From Azolla caroliniana (lineage: Eukaryota; Plantae; Polypodiophyta), in assembly GCA_043228905.1 (NCBI GenBank), contig JBHGNT010000014.1, forward strand, positions 4,526,001 to 4,590,000: DNA of 64,000 bases. Direction: 5' to 3'. Below are positions 25,601-36,479 of this stretch, piece by piece. The notes beneath the pieces are model-generated. The model ran no database searches, was not told the DNA's origin, and saw only the letters and a program-made list of their open reading frames with translations. The first letter of the stretch is position 1; the number at the start of each line of letters is the position of its first letter. The position numbers were made by a program, and so were the translations under genes.

Positions 25601-27014
25601 ATTTAGAAGACACAAGTGAATGAGAAGGAAGTTTGGAACATTGAATAAAATGTTTACAATTATTAAGTTCAAATGTGATTGAGTGATTAACCCAATCAAT
25701 GGACAAAGAAGGGTTTTTATTAAAAAACCAAGGATATCCTAAAATGACATCTGCGGATTGTAATTTCATAACATGAAAGTCAAGCTTCTCCAAATAAGTA
25801 TCTATTTGAATTGGCAGTTGACAAACAATGCCACTGATGTATTGAATGTTTCCATTTGCCATGTGAACTTGATAGATATGATCACTTGCGTTTATGTGGA
25901 GCTCCATTTGCTGCACAAAGTGATCATTAAGAAAATTGTGAGAACTACTGGAATCAAACAAGAAATGTGCTTGTGTTCCATTGATATATCCGACTGCTCG
26001 GAGTAAATCATTAGGTCCAAGTAAATGTGAAGGAAAAGTGCATTCACATAAACTTAAGTGATTGGTATGAACTTCAACAATATCAAAAGACTCACCTGTG
26101 TGACTCGTAGATTTGTCTTGAGGAGGGGTGTTCATTGACTTCCTCTCAAGACGACGACAGGTATCCTTTGTGTGGCCCCGCTTCTTGCAATATGCACAGA
26201 AGAGGTTCGGTTTCTTTGAGTCGCGGTCAAGAGTGTCACTGGATTGCTTACGTTTCCCAATGAACTTGACATTCGGAGTTTTGGCGAACTCAGGTTTATT
26301 GTGGTCTTTCTTGGAAGTCCTATGGTATCGCAGCACAATGTTGACGGCTTCCTCGAAAGTTGTGGGGTCCTTGTCATGGACAATCCAATGATAATCCCCA
26401 TTGGGAATACCATTCAAAAAACAAGAGACAAACCATTTCTCACCCGTAAGTCCCGATTTTTGGATCTGGGTCCGAGCGTGATGCACATAATCCTCGAGAG
26501 AGGTAAATGGCTTACTAGACAATGTGAGCAAGTGTTGCGCTTGTTCGGTTTGAGAAGGTGGCTGCAAGAATTGTTTCTTAAAAACATCAACGAAACCTTC
26601 CCAAGTTGTGGGTAAGTTTTTTGCGGTCCTTAGGCCACGCCACCAAGCAGCAGCTCGGCCACCTAATTCACGACCGACATAACCAATTTTTACTGCATCG
26701 GGCTTGGGATGAAGCTCAAAGTGAGACTCCCAACGACCAAGCCAAGTGCTAATACCCTCCTCGGTTCTTTCTTTCTTATCTCCCTTGAAAGGCGTGACTA
26801 CGAAGGAAGGTTCACCTTCTTTCTTGGACTCAATAGTTAATTCTTGGAATTTCTTTTCCAATGCCATATTGGCCTGTCTCATTTCGGCCAATTGATTCAA
26901 GGTAGTAGTGAGCAATTGCTCAATAGTGATCTCAGCTTGTGTGCGAGATGCGGATTGGGGTTGAGAGGTCTCATTTGGAGAGATCGTTTCAACTGCGTTC
27001 AAAACTTGTTCCAT
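22653..27014 (-). pseudogene. Single-frame Gag-Pol of gypsy D with premature stops
   Basis: ORFs 25098-27014, 23808-25010, 23448-23801 and 22653-23423 are all in one frame. They carry the [14 protein letters not shown] knuckle, RT FLDDILIY, RNase H, integrase and a group-II-like chromodomain. Confidence 0.92.
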
Positions 27015-28019
27015 GATGCACGCTGTGGGTATGCAATAAAATAAGGAGGTTCAGAAAATACACAAGCAAAATGAATGCTTGAAATTTTGATTGAAAGAAC
27101 TTTATCCAAGAAAGTATCTCATGTCTTTACCCCTCTAGACATATGAGATGTGATTCGAGATCCGATAACTATGGTAACACTATGGTGTTTTAAAAACCAT
27201 GGGGGAAAACATAGCTAAGATGTATTTCTCGGATCTCTATCTTGAGTAATCATGGCGGCTCCCCGAGGCTCAACCATGGTTCTTACATCAATGAAATTTC
27301 CTAGATAGCCTTATATTAATGCCAACCCATCATGTATTATATGGTCGAGAAAGTGTATTACGTGAAAAAACAAGTGCACTCACAAGTAATATTCTAGTCT
27401 TGCGAGCAATAAGCAAACGTGATGATAAAATGATAAAATAAGGCACTACTCATAAGAGTTAAGTAGTGACGAAAACAAGGGTAAAAAAAAAGAACCCATG
27501 TGTTACCTACGAAAAAAACAATGTCACAAATAAATGGGAAGTGCAAGGTATGCACATATACATCCCAATATGATTGTTATAACTTGCACAATTGTGACAT
27601 AAGCCACAAATTGATACAAGTGATGACGGTGTTGTGCGCAAAGATGTAATACTCAAATCCATGAGTAAAACATCAATAAGGGAACTCATATGGTTTTACT
27701 CGTTTTCTAAGGCTTGATGATAAGAGTTAAACCTAGATGACCCGTTGAAAAAAAAAATCGTTTAACAAGCCACTCCATACGAAAAAATAGTCTACACGTA
27801 AAGGTTACATTAAAAATAAACGATGTAAATACTTTATACATGAAAAGGAAGTGGAAAAAGGAGAGTTAATTGTGGGCGGGTAAATAATTGTGGGCGGGTA
27901 AATAATAATTACTAGAAAATCATATAAGTGAAACAATACTTATGAAATTAAAATTTAATTAGAATAATCAACAATTAGGTGTATGGAATCAAACATGCCC
28001 TAAGATACGAAACCCTAGG

Positions 28020-28350
28020 GTAGTTGACATGCACCTCCTCAAGACCACCACATATCCCTAGAATCGGCCAAGTAATGGCTAATTAAAGAGGAAAGTGGCA
28101 TAGGTAAGTGACATATACCTCGTCAAGGCCACATCATCCCTTAGAATCGGCCAATTGATGGCTAATTAAAAAGGAAAGTGGCATATGTAAGCTACATATA
28201 CCTTGTCAAGGCCACAACATCCCATAGAATCGGCCAATTGATGGCTTAATAGAGAGTAGAGTGGCATAGGTAGGCAACATACACCTCTTCAAGGCCACAT
28301 CATCCCTTAGAATCGGCCAAGTGATGGCTCAATAGAGAGGAAGAGTGGTA
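28020..28350. repeat. Four-unit 83-bp tandem repeat in the leader of D
   Basis: GAATCGGCCAA recurs at 28061, 28144, 28227 and 28310. Confidence 0.85.
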
Positions 28351-28787
28351 TACTCAACATTATATGCAAAACGGCCATGAGATAAGCGTGTGCGATTAGA
28401 GCAAACACGCTCGACCCAATGCACAAGAATAATTATTATCGTAATTGTTCAAGAGAGGAGAGAGTGGGATATATATCTCAATATGCAAAAGGCCATGAGT
28501 TGAGCGTGTGCGATTAGTGCAAACACGCTCGGCCCGATGCATAATAATAAGTAAAATCGTAGCGTAGTAGGAGGTAGAAAGAAAGAGAATAAAACGTAAT
28601 ACCAATTTGATTCGACCATAAAGAACGCATAATAGAAAAAGAGAAGAGATCAAAAAAGAAGAATACCGGGTTTAGAGTGTTGTTTTAATCCTGAGAAGAG
28701 CATGACGAGCCTTGTTAGATCCCCCTCGCTCACACGCAAAAAACATCAAAACAACAAAAAAATTGTTAGTAAAAGCTCTGATACCAC

Positions 28788-29258
28788 TGTTAAGAGTCTA
28801 TTACTAATCAATAGACCAAATCAAGTAAAAAGGAAGAAAATAGATTGGATAGAAGAACCCGTTCCACCCGACCACCCCCGAGCTATGATCTAGACATAGC
28901 CAACCTACCACCGACGTCCCATACCGCCGGATATTAGGATGACTAATACCTTGGAAGAGATAAACACGATCGTCGAGACGAAAGCCTAGCCCGCACCACC
29001 GGTGTCTACGACAGCAGCCTTCCGACGTGATCCCTATGAGGGTAGCTAAGCCTCATATTTATACCTTTTCCTAGGCCCCTTGAATAGATGTGCCTTTCTA
29101 AAAGGCTCTCTATTCATTGGTTGTCTAAATCATGATAGTGCATGCACATATCATTCATTCTATCCAATCATTAGTCCCCTTTTTAATAATAGTGAACATA
29201 CCCTTCACTAATGTAAATATTAGTGACCTACCCTCACCAACGTTATGTGTACATAACA
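28788..29258 (-). repeat. 5' LTR of gypsy D
   Basis: Repeat of 22140-22603, adjacent to the PBS. Confidence 0.94.
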
Positions 29259-29272
29259 TCATGCCCGTAACA

Positions 29273-32200
29273 ACAAGTCTGAACGTAGTCGTCGACAAAA
29301 CGTCGCATATGGGGCCACCAAAAAGATCGTTGAATGAGATCCAACGTCTTAGTACTACCGAAATGTCCCGCCGTATGGGTGTCGTGGCAATTTTGGACGA
29401 TTTGAAAGGAGACAGGAGCAATCGGGGACATATAAGATCTTTTTAAAGAATAACAAACCATCATGAGATTGGGAATAGGGTGCCCGAGAGGTATCAATTG
29501 GCACCAGAATGTCTTGAGCAAAACTGTCTGTCTTCAAGTTCGCACGTATGGCATCGGTAATCCGGCAATCCATTGGGGTGTGAAAAATCCGCGTTGTGTG
29601 CAATTGTGTTGGTCCTAAGATTGCTTGCTTTTGATTATCAAATGCTGGATCACCAGGACGAGGTGCAAGATATGAACGCCGTGATAGCACATCTGCTTTT
29701 CCTTGCTGCTTCCACGGTCGATATGTGATATTGAAGTCAAAACGGGTGAGGAATTGAGCCCACCGAGCTTGCCGCGATTTAGCACCCGAGCATTCTGGAA
29801 ATAAGCAAGATTTTTGTGATCACTAAAGATGATGACCTGCTGTGGAGAGCCCTCTAAGAAATGCCGCCATTGCACAAAGGAATCCACGATGGCTAATAAC
29901 TCCTTGTCATGTATTTCGTAGTTGATTTCCGCGTCATTGAATTGGCGCGAATGGAAAGCCAGAATTTGCGCGAATGGAAAGCCACAGGATGTAACTCTTC
30001 TTTATCTCCTTGTTGAGAAAGGATGCTACCGAGGGCGAAATCCGATGGGTCGGCCTCCATGATGAATGGTTTGTTTGTATCCACATGAGCTAGAATAGGA
30101 GCTGATTTAAAGGCTTTCTTAAGATGCCGAAAAGCCATGTTCGCTTCATTGGACCAAAGAAATGCTTTTCCCTTCTTCGTAAGTTGTGTGAGAGGTAAAA
30201 TAATCTTCGAGTAATCCTGTATAAACTTGCAGTAGAAGTTAGCAAAACCTAGAAAACATTGTACATCTCGTACCGACCGTGGAATTTGCCACTCTATCAC
30301 AGTTTGGACTTTAGCTGGATCCATGGAGATGCCCTTTGAGGAGATGAAGTAGCCTAGAAATTCCACTTGCTTGCAATCAAAGCTACATTTTTCTAGCTTG
30401 GCATAAAGACCATTCTTGCAGAGTTGTTTTAGTACTAATAGTACATGAGAATCGTGCTCTTCCTGGGTCTTCGAATAAATCAATAGATCATCCATATAGA
30501 TGATCAAACAAATATCCAAGAGGTCTCTGAATATATCATTGGCCATGTGTTGGAAGATTGCGGGTGCATTGGTTAGACCGAATGGCATAATAGTATATTC
30601 GAAATGCCCATACCGCGTGTGAAAGGCGGTCTTCCATTCATCTCCCGGTCGGATCCGCACGAGGTTATATGCTCCTCGTAGATCAATTTTTGTAAAAAAC
30701 TTGGCACCATTAACTCGCTCTAAAAGACTTGATATAAGAGGAAGTGCATACCTATTCCGGATAGTGACTTTATTCAATCCGCGGTAATCAACGACGAGAC
30801 GAAGTGAGCCATCTTTCTTCTTGACAAAGAAGATGAGTGCACCGGCCGGAGATTTCGAATGACGAATAGACCCGCTTGCCAAGTTCTCCTCTATGTAGGC
30901 TCGAAGGACTTCTAACTCGGTGGGTGACAAGTTGTAAATTGGTCCCCATGGTGGCTCTACTCCTGGTTGAATATCGATGGGACAATCATAGGGACGATGA
31001 TGAGGAAGAGTACCGGCTTTTACCTTATCAAATACATCGGCATAAGGATGATATTTTGCCGGAAGTTGCACTAAGGATTCCTCCTTAATAGGAACATTGC
31101 CTCCTTTTGTCCTTCTTCGCGTAATTGACGTAGTGAAATGGGCGAAACTCGATGAATAGATTCTTGGGGTTGTCGATGTCGGACTTCTCTTGTTCTCCAA
31201 TCTATGTCTGGATTATGTAATTCAAACCAAGGTAATCCCAGGACAATGGGATGCTCTGGACTACTAATTATATTAAATGCTATTACGCACACAAAACTCT
31301 ACTTAGGACAACTTGAATGGGTTCTGACTCTTCTACAATATTCTCGGAAGCAATGGGACCAGCATCAATGACTACTACAAATGCGGGGCAAGGAAGTTTT
31401 CTTAAGGATATCTGAGAAGCTTGGGCAAGATTTCGATCCATGAAACAGGAATTAGCTCTGTAATCTAGAAGTGCTAGGACGTGTACTAGGGAGTACTTTT
31501 AGTACTAACCATGACTTGGGTTAGGAACACATTGCTAACTTGCTTGGAGGGAATGGAACCACTAATGGGTTGTACAGATCGTGGGTTGTCCAACCAAACG
31601 GCTCCTATTTTGACTGGACTCAACCGTTTAACTCTTCATCTAATTGACTAAGGATTTCAAATTTGTTTGAGATACTTGGGCTATTAGTACTATTAAAACT
31701 ATCAGACACTGCTAAGGGAAGAAATGACTCGGGTTTAGTACAGGCTACGATTTGATTTACCTATCTTCTTGGCCTATGGGGACAATTGATTGTGATATGC
31801 CCTGGTCCACCGCAATAAAGAAATAATCGAGTTGCACGTCGTCGTTGCTTTTCTTCTTCCGATAACGGGCCACGTTGACGCATGGTGTCGATCTGCATCG
31901 GTGTGGGACTATTTTCTTAAGGTATGTCTCGTGCAAATGGTTTAGCTGCGACTAAGGCATAAGTGGGCTCCGTCCTAGATCGTGGTATCTATAATTGACG
32001 TTCTGAACGTCGTTTGAAAAGGCGGTTGTCACATCGGACCGCTCGACTGATTGCCTCCGTAAGAGACTTTGGTTCTTCGGGGAAGGTTAGAAGTAGAACT
32101 TTGACATCGTTTCGTAGGCTGTAGCGAAACTACTCCATGAGTGCTTGATAATCCCAGGGGATATCTAAAACGAGTAGATGGAAATCTGCCACATAGGCAG

Positions 32201-32768
32201 AGGCTAGACGATCGCCTTGACGCAATCGTCAGATTTTGTGGATCACCGTCCGGATGTTGTCTGTATCTCCAAAGGAAGCTTTAAACTCACTAATAAAGTC
32301 TTCAAAGTTATTAAGTAAGGGTGATTGTTTTTCCAAAAGCGGAGCAAACCATGCCAAGGCTAAGCCGCTAAGCAATGTGCCTATTAGGCTGGCTCGGGAT
32401 GCATCAGTGGGGTATCGAGAAGGGTGCATTTGAATGACTAATCGTACCTGGTTCAGGAATCCCCTAAATTGCGAGCGTGTTCCATCAAACTTCACAGGAA
32501 TTCCAATCTTGGGCTCTTCATGAAATCCGTGGGGACTTGATCCTCGTTGTTGCAATGCTGCTTCGAGTTGTTGCACACGTAACGCTAACTCCTAATGTTG
32601 TTGTTGCAACTCCCCATGTTGTTGCTGCGTTTGCTATTTTTCTAGGGCGATTTGTTGAAGATCCCCTAACAACTGTTGGTTTTCTTGTTCCAAGGCAACA
32701 AATTTTTCTTTTAGACACTGTAGCTCGGAGAAAATGGATTGGTATTCTTGGGCGCTAACAGAAGCCAT
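29273..32768 (-). pseudogene. Degenerate gag, protease, RT and RNase H of gypsy B
   Basis: Gag EPKIGIPVKFDG (32229-32576), knuckle-like CGGPGH..NCP (~31790), LGLPWF protease end, and RT ORF 29893-31200. Confidence 0.9.
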
Positions 32769-32837
32769 TGTATAGAAAAAGGATAAGAGGATGAGGGAAA
32801 CCAAAAGAAAGATTAGAGAGGGAAAATTGGTTCAAAC

Positions 32838-32976
32838 TGTCAGGAATAGTACTAAAACAAAGAGAGAATTAGTACTAGAGAAGGGAAGTACTATTAGTAC
32901 TAAGAGGACGGGACTACGTAAGACTCCCGAGAGGGAGGAAAGAGAAGAGAAGAGAGAGAGAGAGAGAGAGAGACAG

Positions 32977-33017
<41 letters not shown>

Positions 33018-33313
33018 GATAACAAATGATATATTATAGGAAGAGCAAGTACAAGATGGCTATGAGGCTTAAGACTAGCGTTGAACCAATTTGGTTCAAA
33101 ATAATGCCTAGTGCCTTCTTTTATAGTGTTCTCAGGAGTAATCCTGAAGCTTCTAGAATTTTCCAGAGAAATCTGGAATATACATTAATTTCTTATAATA
33201 AAACTTAAATGGAAATAATATCCTACGTATTACAATAGATGGTATAATGGTCAAGAGCTCGACCCATATAACATAAGATCATGGGTGGGTTCGAGTCTTG
33301 CCATATCATGACA
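32838..33313 (-). repeat. 5' LTR of gypsy B
   Basis: Repeat of 13582-14015 with a longer GA microsatellite. Confidence 0.92.
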
Positions 33314-35048
33314 CCGACAGGCTTCACGACGGCGGAGGAGCAAGTTCACCTCATCTTCAACCTGAAGAAGAGCCTATATTGTCTCAAGCAAGTGCCAAGA
33401 ATGTGGTATCAAAAGTTTGATACCTACATCCAATAGCTCGGCTACAGTTGGTCAAAATCTAACCCATGCATGTACATCCAGAAACTAGCCAACAAGTCCC
33501 GGATCTATCTAATCCTATATGTCAACGACATGCTCATCGGTGGCATCGATCGAGTGGAAATTGGAAAGTTAAAGCGTAGCTTTCACGACAAATTTGCGAT
33601 GAAGGAACTCGGACAAGCCCAACACATATTGGGCATGTAGATAGAGTGACATCCGACTATATCTGAAAGGTGCTAAGAAGGTTCAACATGGAGAATGAGA
33701 AACCGGCACCAACTCCGCTCACGACATTGCATCGACTATCGCATAAAGACTCTCCATCCACAGAAGAGGAGAGAAAGCTCATGAGCAGAATACCCTACAC
33801 ATCAGCCATAGAAAGTATCATGAATGCAATGGTGGCAACCTGACATGACCTTGCATATGCCGTAGGGGTCGTCAGCCACTACATGTCAAAACCTGGACGG
33901 AAGCACTGGGAGGCTATAAAGAACATATTCTGGTACCTACGAGGCACGAAGACTTGTATTGGACTTTTGGATCGGATAATTCGACTGAAGACGGGATTCA
34001 TCAACTCCGACTATGTCAGCAATCCGAACAATCGGAAGTCGACATCAGGTTATGTCTTCACCTATGGAGGCGGCGCCATATCATGGAGGTCAAAACTACA
34101 AGATTGCACAACACTCTCCACAATAGAGGCCGAGTACGTAGACGCATCGGAAGCAACCAAGGAAGCCATCAGTTTGCACCGACAATCGACTGACTTCTCG
34201 GGTAAAGGTTGAATCAACCATCCAACGCCAACCCTCTATTGCGACTCAAAAAGCGCAATACATCTCATCCAGAATCGGGTATACCATGCTAAGATGAAGC
34301 ATATTGAGGTGAGGTACCATCATATTCAGGATCTTGTCACTGACAAGAAGCTTGAAGTCCGGAAGGTGGATGTGGAGGTGAACATTGTTGACAACCTGAC
34401 CAAGCCTCTCCCAGATCAACGCTTCAACGCACTAAGAGGACATATGGGATTACAACAAGTGAGTGAGCAAAGAGGAGTTGAACAAGGATCAGAAGGTGAG
34501 TCGAAGAACGACATGGACAAACAAGTTGAAATGACGAAGTCGAAGGAACCGAATAGATTGAACATTGTAGACGCAACTAAGTGTGTAGAGAACTAACAAC
34601 CTAGAGGCCAAAAGATGAATCGGTCATTAGCCAATTCGAACACCAGTCGACTCCGACTCTACCTCTGCCGATTTGACTACTAGCTGATTGGCTTGTAACA
34701 TACAGATAGTAGATTAATTTTAAGATGTAATTTGAGCTTATGGGGGAGATAACCCCATCACATTGTATGTAAACCAGAGTAGTCCTTTTATGAGGGAGTT
34801 TGTTGGGATAAAAGTCCCACTCCGCCCACTTTGTATCTCTAGTGTGAACATAGTTAACGTAACTATATATGTGGGTAACTATTCTTGTAAAGATGAGTTT
34901 GAGGTTTAATGTACAATATAGTCTTCCTTTGAGCATATCTCTCTCTCTCTCTCTCTCCCTCTCACTCTTTGAGAGACAATGCCACCAGACATACTTTCAA
35001 GAGCCATAGCCTAAGGGATGGCTCTTCGATTCATTAGTGACCCCTTCC

Positions 35049-35523
35049 TGTTAAAATTATATTACTAATCAATAAAACAAAGTAAAGTAAAAGAAGGAAA
35101 ATAGATTGGATAGAAGAACCTGTTCCACCTGATCACTCCCGAGCTATGATCTAGACATTGCCAACCTACCACCGACATCCCATACCGTCGAATATTAGGA
35201 TGACTAATACCTTGGAAGAGATAAACATGATCGTCGAGACGAAAGCCTAGCCCGCACCACCAGTGTCTAAGACAACAGCCTTCCGACGTAATGTGCTTAG
35301 GAGGGTAGCTAAGTCTCATATTTATACCTTTTCCTAGGCCCTTTGAATAGATGTGCCTTTCTAAAAGGGTCTCCATTCATTGGTTGCCCAAATCATGATA
35401 GTGCATGCACCTATCATTCCTTCTATCCAATAACATTCACCCCTTTTTTAATATTAGTGAACATACCCTTCACTAATGTAAATATTAGTGACCTACCATC
35501 ACCAACGTTATATGTACATAACA
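35049..35523 (-). mobile_element. Solo LTR related to the gypsy D family
   Basis: TG..CA ends, homologous over its length to 22140-22603, flanked by TSD CTTCC (35044-35048, 35524-35528). Confidence 0.92.
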
Positions 35524-35528
35524 CTTCC

Positions 35529-36479
35529 CTCATGTATGCATCAGTAGTATGGGCTCCATGTCTACCATCTTTCATGTGGACACAATTAGAGAGACCTTTG
35601 GTGATGATGTTATCACGTCGACTCCAAAGCAAATTGACAGTACCACATGGCATTATTAGAGTAGAGTTTAGTTTGCCCTCAATGTTAGTAGAAGCACTTT
35701 TCGAAATGGTAGTTTTTATTCATCGGATACATAGCCAACCACAAGATAGGGAACACTTCTTGAACTTCTCTAAGTTAGGTTTTATTACACGACCAAAATA
35801 TCTAGATACATTCTTATCAAATGCACTAAGAGTGGTCATTGGACAACTTAGTATATCATCTCACCAACTTGAAATTGAGAATGGTCGTGCCAATAGAGTC
35901 CCTAGAGAGGAAAGACTATGTAGGTTATGTCACATAGAGATAGAGGATGAGTATCACTTTACATGAAAGTGTCCAATTTATACCGAGATAAGGGCGAAAT
36001 ACCATGACATACTAGGACCCTCTCCCACCCTCTCCAAATATTAGATACACTGGATATAAAGAGACTAGGTAAGTATATCTTAGAGCTCAAACAAAATAGT
36101 GAGAATAAATTACAAAGTGTTAACCATAACCCTTTTAATATTCACCAACATGTAACAAATGTAATTTTTCAGGAACAAGGGGAGACAATGAATGTGGACA
36201 CACCTACACCACCGGCCTCTCTCTTGATGAAACGGAGAACCAAAGAACAACCAAACGCCCTCAGATATCGAGCCTCAAAGCAACTCGACGTGGTGTAGAA
36301 GCAATTAAGAAGATAAGGGAACGCGAGCTACGCTACCTAGAAGCTATGGTTGGGGTACCTTTTACATTGGGACCACGAGCCACATCCACATCAAAACTCT
36401 TTGACCTCCCACTTCTTTTGGAGAGACTTGGATGGAAATGAAACTAGGCCTAGTATAAAGCCACTTCCTTATAGAACGT
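35529..36479 (+). mobile_element. 3' fragment of a non-LTR retrotransposon (RTEX-like LINE ORF2 C-terminus and 3' region)
   Basis: MYASVVW...SSHQLEIENGR..PREERLCRLC..EDEYHF zinc-finger-type LINE C-terminus; 36000-36470 is homologous to 48265-48740. Confidence 0.75.

Larger units (their letters stand above)
22140..29258 (-). mobile_element. Ty3/gypsy chromovirus D (iMet-primed, related to C), young
   Basis: LTRs 22140-22603 and 28788-29258 differ by one substitution and one 7-bp indel; TSD TCATG; PBS 28775-28786; PPT from 22604. Confidence 0.95.
15141..29272 (-). mobile_element. Ty3/gypsy chromovirus C (iMet-primed), inserted in the integrase of B
   Basis: TSD ACAAG (15136-15140, 29273-29277); 3' LTR 15141-15596; 5' LTR 21693-22139 plus 29259-29272; PBS 21679-21690; PPT 15597-15610. 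Confidence 0.93.
13582..33313 (-). mobile_element. Ty3/gypsy chromovirus B (same family as A), full length, hosting elements C and D
   Basis: LTRs 13582-14015 and 32838-33313; TSD CCGGC/CCGAC (one transition); PPT at 14016-14029; gag-pol remnants at 14030-15140 and 29273-32768. Confidence 0.93.
13270..34460 (+). pseudogene. Degenerate Ty1/copia RT-RNase H (element E), split by gypsy B; pieces ~13270-13581 and 33314-~34460
   Basis: CKWVYR..VDYDEIFSPVVK..LEQLDLKTTFVHG..MSQP stops at 13581 and continues after 33313 with LKKSLY, then RKSTSGYVF and KHIEVRYH..DNLTK. Confidence 0.85.

Noticed and set aside
27114-27280. Known small self-cleaving ribozyme (hammerhead or twister)
   Set aside because: No CUGANGA/GAAA core or twister consensus is visible. 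It is kept only as an unclassified structured RNA.
34600-35048. 3' LTR of copia E
   Set aside because: A PPT-like TGGGGGAGAT is present, but no matching 5' LTR was found, so boundaries cannot be set.
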